A stretch of 64,000 nt of DNA. Source: Bacteroidota bacterium. GTDB taxonomy: Bacteria; Bacteroidota; Bacteroidia; AKYH767-A; OLB10. The DNA lies in assembly GCA_016713925.1 (NCBI GenBank), contig JADJOH010000008.1:453840-517839 (forward strand). Direction: 5' to 3'. Each line of letters starts with the position of its first letter. The stretch's first letter is position 1. This document shows positions 27,783 to 38,100 of this stretch, piece after piece. The notes below the pieces were generated by a model. It searched no databases. It was not told the DNA's origin and saw nothing but the letters and a program-made list of their open reading frames with translations. A program made the translations under genes and the position numbers.

Positions 27783-30700
27783 ATGAATCATCTCTACACC
27801 CCCCTCATCCGAGTAAATAAGAAGACCGGAGAAGAAAAGAAATCGATGAGCAGGAGCCAAAAGTATGTGCTTATGCTGCTTCTTCTTTTTACCGGATTAC
27901 TTTCTTCCTCTACCATCTTTGCCCAAACATTGATTGCCGGTTGGGATTTTCAAACGACCACTACAGGAGGAACTGCTGTACTTGCATCTCCGAACACCCC
28001 CAAAGTGTATAATGCGAATTTTGGTTCAGGAGCCATTTATTTAGACGGAACCAATAATTCAAGCAATTGGTTTGTTCCACTGACTGGAAGTACGAATACT
28101 GAATTAAATGCCTTTGGCGGAACTGCTGTCAATGCCGGAACTGGATTTTCTGTTGTCACCTCCGGTGCATCTTCCTTAGCTTTAGTAGCAGGAGCTGCTC
28201 AGGCTGCCAATGGGAAATTCGCCATTTTTAGTTTTAGTATGACCGGTTATATTAATCTATCAGTGACGTATGCATCTCAAAAAACCAACACTGGTTTTAG
28301 CACGCAGATTTGGGAATACAGCACCGATGGAATAAACTGGACTCCATTATCTACAGTGACGACAGTAACCACAGCTTTTTCCTTAATTACATTGCCTTCT
28401 ACCGCTGGATTAAATGGAGCTTCTACTGCCTACCTTCGTTTCTCCGGAACCGGTGCCACTGCATCAACCGGTAATAACCGTCTTGACAATATTCAACTCA
28501 ACGCAACTCCGGGTGTCACTTTTAATACGGATCCGGTTACCGGTTCTCCCTTCTGTATCTCTGATGATAACAGTGCTTCCGTGAATGTTTCATTTTTCTA
28601 TGCAGGAACACCTAATCCGGCAAATATTTATACGGCAGAATTAAGTTCATCTACCGGAAGTTTTGCATCTCCTGTCGCGATCGGATCACTCGCTTCTATT
28701 GCAAGTACAGGCACTATTTCAGCCACTATTCCAGCCGGAACAATTTCCGGAACAGGCTATAGAATTCGTGTGACCAGCAGTGATCCTGTTGCGGTAGCGA
28801 ATGACAATGGAACCAATCTCGTCATCGATAAAGTGGTGGCGACTGCGTCTAATAACAGTCCTGTATGCGCTGGCCTTAGTCTTCAATTATTTTCGGGTGG
28901 AGGCACTACGTATTCATGGACCGGACCCAATGGTTTTGCTTCAGGTGTTCAAAATCCAACAATTCCGGTAACTGTAAATGCTGACTCCGGTGAATTTATC
29001 GCCACCGCCATTTCAACGCTCGGATGTACAGATACTGCTTCTACTCTTGCTATCGTTCAAACTTGCAGTTGTATTCCCCCGACTATCACTTCCAATTCAA
29101 CCATGCCAAGTTGTAATGGTGGAGCCAATGGTAGTATTGATATCACTGTTAATGGTGGTGTGTCTCCATACACTTTTACGTGGAGTACGGGTGCAATTAC
29201 AGAAGATGTTACAGGACTTACAGCGGGAATTTATTCCGTCATTGTAAGCGATGCCATTGCCTGTACAGATACCTTTTTTGTAACAGTAAATGAACCCACC
29301 CTCATCTCTTCTTCTACCACGGTATTTCCTCCGGGATGTCAGGGATTCAGTAATGGCAGCGTTGATTTGTCAGTAAACGGGGGTACGCCAGGCTATACTT
29401 ACCTTTGGGATAACGGTGCTACAACTGAAGATATCAACGGTTTGATAGCCGGCTTATACAGCGTAACCATCACGGATGCCAATGGATGTGTGCAAAATAA
29501 TTTCGCAGTAGTTACAGACCCGGGAGCGTTTACAGCAACCACAATTGGTTTTGATGTTACCTGCGCCGGATTGAATGATGGCTTGATTGATTTAATAGCA
29601 TCCAATGATACCGTCTCTTCAAACCCGGGTGTACTTATCTCCGAGTTTTTGGCAAATCCTGCAGGTACTGATTCTTCAAAAGAATGGGTGGAGCTGATTG
29701 CCGTTAAAAATATTGACTTTGCTGTTACTCCTTATACGGTGATCGTTGCCAATAACGGAACAGCTACAACAAAGGGATGGGTGCAAGGTGGCGTTGCTTC
29801 TGCAACCACCAATGGAACCTTCGCATTTCAAATCAGCTCCGGCAAAGTAGTTCCCGGGGAAGTGTTTTATGTGGGTGGATCAAATATGGTGGTCACAGGT
29901 AGAAAGTTGAGACTGATTGATGTTGCTACTACCGGTGGAGATGGTGGAATTGGTCTGCCAACCACAGGAGGAGTGCTTGGAAATGGTACGACGAATGCCG
30001 ACGGTATTGCGGTTTTTAATCTTCCTGCAGCGGCGTTGGATTCAAATTCAGTTCCGGTAGATGTCGTTTTTTATGGGTCAGGAATGGGATCTGCAGTAGT
30101 AAATGGTGGTGTAGATGGATTTACCTTGCCTCTAAATGATAATTATATCGGTGGAAGATTGCAAGCGACAAGTTTCAGAGCTGTAGATCCGGGTGCACTT
30201 TCCGTGAAAGCAACCGGAACTTATTACAAATTATCCGGAACGTATACTCCCATTCGTGTGTGGACAACTGATACCACTATTTCCGGTGACACTTCTTCTG
30301 TGACGTTGATGAGTGGCAATAGTTATCTCTGGTCAAATGGTGCTATAACAGAAGATTTGAGCGGGCTTTCTGCAGGCACTTACTCTGTAACAGTTACCTC
30401 TCCGACAGGATGTACAACTACCGGATCTGCTACCATCACTGCTCCGGTTACGCTGGCGGTTACCGGACAGATCTTTGACGTAACCTGTTTCGGATTAAAC
30501 GATGGGGGTATAGACATCACCGTTAGTGGTGGTGTGATGCCTTATACTTATCTGTGGAATGATGGCGATATCAATGAAGATAGAAGCGCACTGGTAACCG
30601 GTACATACATTGTTACCGTAACTGACGCCAACGGATGTATCGTTATTGATTCATTTTATGTCAACCAGCCTAATGATATTACCTATACCACGTTGGTTAC

Positions 30701-33560
30701 AAATACCTCCTGCTTCGGTGCTTCGGATGGAGCAATTGATTTAACCGTGAGCGGTGGAACTCCGCCTTATACCTTTAGCTGGTCCAATGGCGCTGTGACG
30801 GAAGATATCATCAATGAACTTGCTAATTTCTATTTCTTCAATATTACAGACGTTAACGGTTGTGGTGCAGGAGGAATTGAATTTATCAATGACCCTAACC
30901 CTATCATCATAAATAGTTTCACTCCTGCTACCGGTGGTGCCGGGGTTTTGGTGACCATTAACGGTAGCGGATTTACAGGCGCAACTAATGTAACGTTTGA
31001 CAATGTATCAGCTGCTTCTTTTACTGTCATCAGCGACTTGCAAATTGATGCTGTAGTTCCGCCGGGTGCAGATACCGGTTTTATAGCAGTATATACTTCA
31101 CCTGCTTGTTTTACTACATCTACCGATACCTTCTTCTTTAATCCTGTTGCATGCCTTCCTCCATCATTATCTGCAACAACCATTGGTGCGAGCTGCTTCG
31201 GAGCTTCAGATGGAAGCATTGATCTTACCATCAGTGGCGGTACTTCTCCTTACACCATCAGCTGGAGTAATGGAGCTAATTCAGAAGACATTGCCGGATT
31301 AACGGCCGGTGTTTATACCGTTTCAGTCGTGGATGCATTCAATTGCCCGAACACATTAACAGTAGCTGTTTCAGAACCCGGACAACTTACCATTAGTGGA
31401 ATAGTGGATAGTGTAAGTTGTAACAGTGGTGCAGATGGTAGCATAGATATAACAGTAACAGGCGGAACCTCTCCCTATACTTTTAGCTGGAGCAATGGTG
31501 CATTAACAGAAGATATCATTGGTCTTACAGCAGGATCTTATACGGTTACTGTTATCGATATTTCTTCATGTGCCGCATCGGCCAGCTTCGATGTATATGA
31601 ACCTTCTGCTTTAAATACGAATGTGAGTACTTCAGATCCATTATGCACAGGGCAGGCGTCCGGATCTATTAATCCGAATGTAAGCGGCGGTACGGCTCCA
31701 TATACTTATCTCTGGAGCAATGGTGCTACAAGTGCAACTTTAGCCGGGGTAATGGCCGGACTTTATACGGTTGATATCACTGATGCGAACGGATGTCTGA
31801 TATCCGCAAGTGCAACATTAACCGATCCTCCTGCATTTACATTGAGTGTTGTTTCAGCAACTGATGTTTCCTGCCCCGGTGGAAATAACGGAGCGATAGA
31901 CATCTCCGCTTCTAATGATCCTCTTGTACCACCTGTAAACCCCGGGTTGTTAATATCAGAATTTTTAGCAGATCCGGCCGGCACCGACAACCCTTTTGAA
32001 TGGGTAGAGTTGATTGCCACCAAGTCCATTGATTTCAGCGTTACGCCTTATACTGTTGTTGTTGCCAATAACGGTACGGCGAATGTCAAAGGATGGAGAG
32101 CAGGCGCTGCATTAACTTATGCCTTCCAAATTAGTAGTGGTGTAGTAAATCCCGGTGATGTGTTTTATGTGGGTGGTTCATCGATGGCACCTACAGGAAC
32201 AAAACTGAGAACTATTAATACATCAACTACCGCCGGTGATGGTTTTGGTAATGTTGGTATTGGCATAGGTAATGGTGGTGCAAATGCAGATGGTGTTGCG
32301 GTATTTGATATGCCTTCTTCAGCAATTGATTCTTCAAAGGTTCCTGTAGATGCCATTTTCTTTGGTACCGGTCTTGGAAGTGCAATTGTCAATGCAGGTC
32401 TGAATGGATATACCTTGCCAACAAATGATCGCTATGCAGGCGGATTATTATCGGCCGGTGCATTCACCGCTCCGAATAGTGCATCCGGGTCACATCATGT
32501 GGCTACTGGAGGTTTTAATATTTCTACCGGAACATATACTTCAATCAGAAACTGGACCCTGAGCCCGACATTCACGGATGGTACTTCTGCCATTTCAATA
32601 AGTGTAAATAATACCTATAGTTGGTCGACTGGTGCAACATCACAGGATATTTCAGGACTTACAGCCGGCGCGTATACTGTTACCGCAACCAATACTGATG
32701 GATGTACGGCTACGCTAACCCTTAACGTCAATCAACCAAACGCGCTTTCTGTAACAGGATTCACTCCCGGATCAGGTAATACCGGTACCGGTGTAATTAT
32801 CAGTGGCACCGGTTTTACTGCTGCAGATGAAGTTTGGTTCAATGGAGTACCTGCGGTATTCATCATTGATAATGACGGACAGATTTCAGCAACGGTTCCT
32901 GCCGGAGCAACTACCGGACCTATCACGGTTATCAATGCAGGTTGTGATACAGTTATTTCAGGTGGTACGTTTACAATTAATACGAATGCTACCTTCAACC
33001 TGACTATGCTGATAGAAGGTTTGTATGATGGAGCAGGCGGATTGGTGCCGGCCTTATTGAATTCAGGAGTTGGTCTTAGTGCAACTGAATGTGATACGAT
33101 TTATGTGGAGTTACGGGATCAGTTGAATACGTTAACGGTATTGGCGAGTGGTACTGCGGTATTGAATACCGGCGGACAAGCAACTTTTACCTTCCCCGGC
33201 TCAGTGATCGGTCAAAACGGATATATCGCAGTCTTCCATCGTAATGCTGTACAGACCTGGAGTGATCTTGTTACCTTCACTGCTACAACGAATTACAACT
33301 TCACCACTGCTGCTACTCAGGCTTATAGCTCCAATATGATTGAAGTGGATCCGGGCGTATTCGCGTTCTACAGCGGCGATATCGCTCCACAGGATGAAGT
33401 GGTGGATATTACCGATCAGGGGTATGTAGGAAATGACATATTAAACTTTGCTTCCGGCTATGTACCAACAGATGTATCGGGAGATGGAGTAGTGGATATC
33501 ACCGATCAGGCGATTGTAGACAATAACATCCTTAACTTCATTGGATCAATTCACCCTTAG
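27783..33560 (+). CDS. Giant secreted cell-surface protein A (1925 aa): SprB repeats, two lamin-tail domains, IPT/TIG domains, conserved C-terminal module with dockerin-like repeats
   Basis: The probable real start is Met22 (MSRSQKYVLMLLLLFTGLLSSSTIFAQ, about 27846). There are at least ten SprB-type repeats (C.G..DG.I......GG..PYT..WSNGA.TEDI.GL.AG.Y.V.V.D..GC). LTD motifs (LISEFLANPAGTDSSKEWVELIA; LLISEFLADPAGTDNPFEWVELIA) lie at about 29640 and 31950. IPT/TIG modules have the form I..F.P..G..G..V.I.G.GF. The C-terminal roughly 190 aa (about 32990-33560) are shared with the proteins ending at 44476 and 58132. Confidence 0.85.
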   Translation: MNHLYTPLIRVNKKTGEEKKSMSRSQKYVLMLLLLFTGLLSSSTIFAQTLIAGWDFQTTTTGGTAVLASPNTPKVYNANFGSGAIYLDGTNNSSNWFVPLTGSTNTELNAFGGTAVNAGTGFSVVTSGASSLALVAGAAQAANGKFAIFSFSMTGYINLSVTYASQKTNTGFSTQIWEYSTDGINWTPLSTVTTVTTAFSLITLPSTAGLNGASTAYLRFSGTGATASTGNNRLDNIQLNATPGVTFNTDPVTGSPFCISDDNSASVNVSFFYAGTPNPANIYTAELSSSTGSFASPVAIGSLASIASTGTISATIPAGTISGTGYRIRVTSSDPVAVANDNGTNLVIDKVVATASNNSPVCAGLSLQLFSGGGTTYSWTGPNGFASGVQNPTIPVTVNADSGEFIATAISTLGCTDTASTLAIVQTCSCIPPTITSNSTMPSCNGGANGSIDITVNGGVSPYTFTWSTGAITEDVTGLTAGIYSVIVSDAIACTDTFFVTVNEPTLISSSTTVFPPGCQGFSNGSVDLSVNGGTPGYTYLWDNGATTEDINGLIAGLYSVTITDANGCVQNNFAVVTDPGAFTATTIGFDVTCAGLNDGLIDLIASNDTVSSNPGVLISEFLANPAGTDSSKEWVELIAVKNIDFAVTPYTVIVANNGTATTKGWVQGGVASATTNGTFAFQISSGKVVPGEVFYVGGSNMVVTGRKLRLIDVATTGGDGGIGLPTTGGVLGNGTTNADGIAVFNLPAAALDSNSVPVDVVFYGSGMGSAVVNGGVDGFTLPLNDNYIGGRLQATSFRAVDPGALSVKATGTYYKLSGTYTPIRVWTTDTTISGDTSSVTLMSGNSYLWSNGAITEDLSGLSAGTYSVTVTSPTGCTTTGSATITAPVTLAVTGQIFDVTCFGLNDGGIDITVSGGVMPYTYLWNDGDINEDRSALVTGTYIVTVTDANGCIVIDSFYVNQPNDITYTTLVTNTSCFGASDGAIDLTVSGGTPPYTFSWSNGAVTEDIINELANFYFFNITDVNGCGAGGIEFINDPNPIIINSFTPATGGAGVLVTINGSGFTGATNVTFDNVSAASFTVISDLQIDAVVPPGADTGFIAVYTSPACFTTSTDTFFFNPVACLPPSLSATTIGASCFGASDGSIDLTISGGTSPYTISWSNGANSEDIAGLTAGVYTVSVVDAFNCPNTLTVAVSEPGQLTISGIVDSVSCNSGADGSIDITVTGGTSPYTFSWSNGALTEDIIGLTAGSYTVTVIDISSCAASASFDVYEPSALNTNVSTSDPLCTGQASGSINPNVSGGTAPYTYLWSNGATSATLAGVMAGLYTVDITDANGCLISASATLTDPPAFTLSVVSATDVSCPGGNNGAIDISASNDPLVPPVNPGLLISEFLADPAGTDNPFEWVELIATKSIDFSVTPYTVVVANNGTANVKGWRAGAALTYAFQISSGVVNPGDVFYVGGSSMAPTGTKLRTINTSTTAGDGFGNVGIGIGNGGANADGVAVFDMPSSAIDSSKVPVDAIFFGTGLGSAIVNAGLNGYTLPTNDRYAGGLLSAGAFTAPNSASGSHHVATGGFNISTGTYTSIRNWTLSPTFTDGTSAISISVNNTYSWSTGATSQDISGLTAGAYTVTATNTDGCTATLTLNVNQPNALSVTGFTPGSGNTGTGVIISGTGFTAADEVWFNGVPAVFIIDNDGQISATVPAGATTGPITVINAGCDTVISGGTFTINTNATFNLTMLIEGLYDGAGGLVPALLNSGVGLSATECDTIYVELRDQLNTLTVLASGTAVLNTGGQATFTFPGSVIGQNGYIAVFHRNAVQTWSDLVTFTATTNYNFTTAATQAYSSNMIEVDPGVFAFYSGDIAPQDEVVDITDQGYVGNDILNFASGYVPTDVSGDGVVDITDQAIVDNNILNFIGSIHP

Positions 33561-33586
33561 GAAGTAAGATTTTTATTAATAAGGAA

Positions 33587-33623
33587 AAAGGGCAGTGGGT
33601 AAATTTTACTACTGCCCTTTTTC
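33587..33623 (+). terminator. Rho-independent terminator after giant gene A
   Basis: aaagggcagt-gggtaaattttact-actgcccttt followed by tt. Confidence 0.7.
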
Positions 33624-33890
33624 AATTCATACTTTAAGTGATTTTTGAGCTGGTTAACGTTGGTTCATATGCCTTATTCTTATATGTTGCACAATAGCAG
33701 CCGCTTACAAGAATTTGAATGACATAATGTCAATGTAAGAAAGTGAATCATTTCACCCACTATTTCGTTTAATTCATAAAAAAATGAGATTTAACACTTG
33801 AATTTTAATTTATTTTTTGCAAATTGCAAGTTCGTTCATATCATTTTAGGAAGTTATAAAAAGTAAAAAACTAAATAATAATAATATATC

Positions 33891-35156
33891 ATGAAGCAAT
33901 TCTACTCAATCACAAAGGAGAAATCGAAGTATTTCAAGTTGGTATTTCGTATTTTCATCTTAGTTTTTATTAGTTGCACGGGAGTTTTCGCCCAATCAAC
34001 AATAAATACTGCCATTGCTCCCATTACAAACAATAATGGTAGTGGTACTGTTACTTTTAATTTCCAAAATACTAATCCCTATGGTATAATAATTACCGAC
34101 ATTGAAGGGATTGTTGGAACTGCAGGGCTAACTTCTGCGGATTTATGGATTAAAACAACACCGGTAAGTGCAGCACCTGGAGCAATTTCTGTTGCTAATG
34201 GATGGACTTTGGCTGCTACCGGCACTTTTACAGGAGTTGCTAATACGACGACGCTTGTAACTCAGCCAATGTTAACAGGAATAAGTGTTGTTATTCCTGC
34301 AGGAGTTACCTATGGGTTTGCAATATCAGCATATAGCGGTACTGCCGGCCGGCAACGATATCATACCATATTAGTAACAGATCCGACTACCTTTTCAGCA
34401 GGCGGTTGTAATATTTTAATGGGAGCAAATATCAGTTATGCGGGTGGAGCACCACCCACAGCACCAACAAATACTCCCCGTGGATGGATGGGAAAGTTAA
34501 CCTTTATACCTCAAGCTCCTTGTGTTGACCCACCCACCCCCGGAACTGCAATAACAACTCCTTCAACGCAGATTTGCCCAAATTCAGCATTGACATTAGA
34601 TCTAACAGGTAACAGTGGTGGTTTAGGTCAGACCTATCAATGGCAAACAGGCCCGACTGCTTCAGGTCCATGGACCAATATAGGTTCCTCGTCCGGCGCT
34701 CCATCATTAATAATTAATCCAACAGCTTCAGCTTATTACCAGTGTCTGGTTACCTGTGGATTAACTACCCTTCCTTCTACTGCAGTCTTTAATGATGTTG
34801 CCACTTTGTTCCCTGGCGGAACATATACCATAAACAGTGCACTTCCTACGGGCGGCGGAAATTATGCGTCTTTTAATGATGCGGTTGCAGCCATTCAATG
34901 TGGTATTGCAGGTCCTGTAATTTTCAATTTTGCTCCGGGTAGCGGACCGTATGTTGAACAGGTCATTATACCTCAAATAGGTGGAACTTCAACGACGAAC
35001 ACAATTACCTTTAACGGAAATGGTGTCTCCATGATAGCTGCCAGTGCGAATACCAATCAACGAGAGGCCATACTTTTAAATGGAGCGGATCATATTACCA
35101 TTGATAGCATTCTCATTGATGTAAGTGGGGGTACCTATGGATGGGAATCCGGTTAA
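33891..35156 (+). CDS. Giant cell-surface protein B, N-terminal fragment (421 aa); continues in 35141..44476 after a -1G event in a G-run
   Basis: Signal peptide MKQFYSITKEKSKYFKLVFRIFILVFISCTGVFAQ. The end ...TITFNGNGVSMIAASANTNQREAILLNGADHITIDSILIDVSGGTYGW aligns with the internal repeat of B2 (TITFNGNLETLAFASANTNQRAVITLSGADHIYIDSLTIDASGGTYGYGVHLISQADSN). Reading continues in the +1 frame (GIRLTNSADSN) if tgggaatcc is read as tggggaatcc. Confidence 0.8.
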   Translation: MKQFYSITKEKSKYFKLVFRIFILVFISCTGVFAQSTINTAIAPITNNNGSGTVTFNFQNTNPYGIIITDIEGIVGTAGLTSADLWIKTTPVSAAPGAISVANGWTLAATGTFTGVANTTTLVTQPMLTGISVVIPAGVTYGFAISAYSGTAGRQRYHTILVTDPTTFSAGGCNILMGANISYAGGAPPTAPTNTPRGWMGKLTFIPQAPCVDPPTPGTAITTPSTQICPNSALTLDLTGNSGGLGQTYQWQTGPTASGPWTNIGSSSGAPSLIINPTASAYYQCLVTCGLTTLPSTAVFNDVATLFPGGTYTINSALPTGGGNYASFNDAVAAIQCGIAGPVIFNFAPGSGPYVEQVIIPQIGGTSTTNTITFNGNGVSMIAASANTNQREAILLNGADHITIDSILIDVSGGTYGWESG

Positions 35157-38100
35157 CCAACAGCGCTGACAGTAACGTTATTTCAAATTGTCAGATCAAT
35201 ACATTGGCCAATAGCACATCTTCCAACTATGCAGGAATTATTATGAGTGGTTCTGCAACTGCAGCCACTACTGCCGGAGACAATGGAGATGGAAACTTGT
35301 TTATCGGAAACACTATTATAAATGGATACTATGGATTTACTTTATGTGGCAACAGTACGGCTCCGTTTGCCGCAAACAACAGTATCATTAATAATGATAT
35401 CATAGATCATTATTTTTATGGGATCTATGTGGTGAACGCCGAGAACTCCATTATCAGTGGAAATAGTTTACATCATGATTCGCGTGCCACCACTACTACC
35501 ACCTATGGTGTTTATTTAACTACTAATTGTATAAGTACTCAGGTATCAGAAAACAGAATCTACAACTTCTTCCTGGGAAATGCCCTTTCTACTTCCACTA
35601 GCTATAGTATTTATGTGGCAGGAGATGGAACTTTGGGCACAGAAAATAAATTGTTTAATAATATTATTTATAGCATCCGTGGTAATGGAGCTCAATATGG
35701 AATTTATAATACTACCGGTGATTACATGCAGGCGTATCACAATACGATCTCTTTTGATGATGCAGCAGCTACTTTAGGTGCAAGTTATGGTATTTACCAG
35801 ACAGGTGCTGTTACAAGTGTTGATATCAGAAACAACATCATTTCAATTACGCGTGGTGGTACCGGAACCCGATACGGATTGGGTTTTGTGACTGCGGGTA
35901 CGTACATCACGAGCAACAATAACGATATTTATTTAAATTCAGGTGGAACGGATAGTATTGGTATTTATACAACACTTCCTTTTACCACATTGGCCAACTG
36001 GCAAACTGCCAACGGAGGCGCTTATGATGGATCCAGCGTAAGCTTAGATCCATTATTCGCAGATCCGGGTAATGGAGATTTTACTCCTGCAAATCCGGGT
36101 GTAAACTCAAATGGAGCGAATGTGGGTGTAGCTGCTGATATTTTAGGTAACCCGCGTACGTTAGCTGCTCCGGATCCGGGTGCCTATGAATGGACTCCCT
36201 TGGGTGCGGATGCCGGGATAACTTGGGTGTCGCCGTTGCCTCCGGTTGGTTTGGGTAATCAGACGATTACCGTCCAGATCACCAATGCACAAACTGCCAC
36301 CATTACCAGTCTTGATCTTGCGTATACGGATGGCGTGAGTACGGTTACAGAAACTTTCAGTTCATTAAATATTACAGCCGGTAATAATCAGCAATTTTCA
36401 TTCACCACTCCCTATAACTTAACGGGTAATGCGGATTTAAGAGCATACGTCAATTTGGTGAATGGTGCTATTGATGATAACCAGGCGAATGATACCACTG
36501 CGGTACAAAACTTTTGTCCTGCGCTGAATGGAGTATATTCCATTGATTCGGCTTTACCTACTTCAGGTACAAATTTCCAGACATTTACAGATGCCGTAAA
36601 TCAGATGATCTGCGGTGGCGTGGTGGGTCCGGTTACACTAAATGTTGTTGCCGGTTCAGGACCCTACAATGAACAAATATTGATTCCTGCCATAGTAGGT
36701 GCTTCAGCTACCAATACCATCACCTTTAATGGTAATTTGGAAACCCTCGCTTTTGCCAGCGCGAATACCAACCAGAGAGCTGTTATTACGTTAAGCGGAG
36801 CAGACCATATTTATATTGATAGTTTAACTATTGATGCTTCCGGTGGAACTTATGGTTATGGTGTTCATCTGATCTCTCAGGCGGATTCAAATAAAATCAC
36901 GAACTGCGTTGTAAATACAACAGCAAATCAGACCACCACTAATTTTGCCGGAATTGTGATGAGTGGATCTCTTGCTTCTGCAACTACAGCCGGTAATTCA
37001 GGAAACGGAAATGAAATCAGTGGCAATACCATTACAAACGGATATTACGGTATAACGGTTGTTGGTACTTCAGCCGCACCATTTATTAGTGGAAACCGTG
37101 TAGTGAATAATTCCATCACCGACCACTATTTATATGGTGTATATAGTCTGGGAAATACAGGTACTGAGTTTGTTGGAAATAATATCAGACAGTTGAATCG
37201 TACGTCCACATCTACTACTTATGGATTGTTTTTAACTACAAACACCATAGGTGCTAAAGTTGAACGAAACAGAATACATGACTTCTTAGTTGCAACACCA
37301 ACTTCCACTTCTACAGTTTACGGAATTTATGTAGCCGGAGATGCGTTGTTGGGCAGTGAAAATAAACTGGTGAATAATTTGATTCATACACTCGGAGGAA
37401 ATGGTGTTCAATATGGTATTTACAATACAGGTGGAAATCACATGTGGGCCTGGCATAACACGATTGCATTGGATGCTGCTGCTTCAACGCTGGGAACTAC
37501 CTATGGAATCTACCAAACCACAGTTGCAGATTCTCTTCAGTATTATAACAATAACATTTCAATTACGCGTGGAGGAACCGGAGCCAGATATGGAATATTC
37601 TTTAATACAGCCGGTACGTACATAAAAAGTAATTACAACAATATATATGTTAATACACCGGGGGCAGATAGCATTGGATCATATGCAGCAACAGCCTTTA
37701 CTACATTAGCCAATTGGCAAACGGCAAATTCATCTGCATACGATCAACAAAGTATAAATTTTGATCCCCAGTTTGTAGATCCGTCACTGGGCAACTATCA
37801 ACCTTCAGTTGTTGCTTTGAATAACGCAGGGACTCCACTTGGTGTTACTGAAGATATTAATGGTGCAGTTCGAAATTTAACAACTCCTGATATTGGGGCG
37901 TATGAATACCTTATAGCTACTGAGGATATAGGTGTGACGTTATTGATTACTCCTGCACCAATAGCAAGTGCCTGTTATACGGCCAATGAAACGATTACAC
38001 TTCGGATTAGAAATTATGGTTTAAATGCCATCGACTTCTCGTTAAATCCTGCTACTATCACTTGTAATGTGACCGGTGCCACAGTGGCTACTTTAACAGG

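Noticed and set aside
32990-33560. Is the shared C-terminal module a T9SS C-terminal sorting domain (type A or type B/CHU_C)?
   Set aside because: It is not rejected outright, but it is not supported either. The module is about 190 aa and ends …ILNFIGSIHP. That end lacks the Lys-rich terminal motif of type-A CTDs and the PNGDGINDTF motif of type-B CTDs that I remember. The DxSGDGVVDITD repeats fit dockerin far better. An HMM search is needed to settle it.
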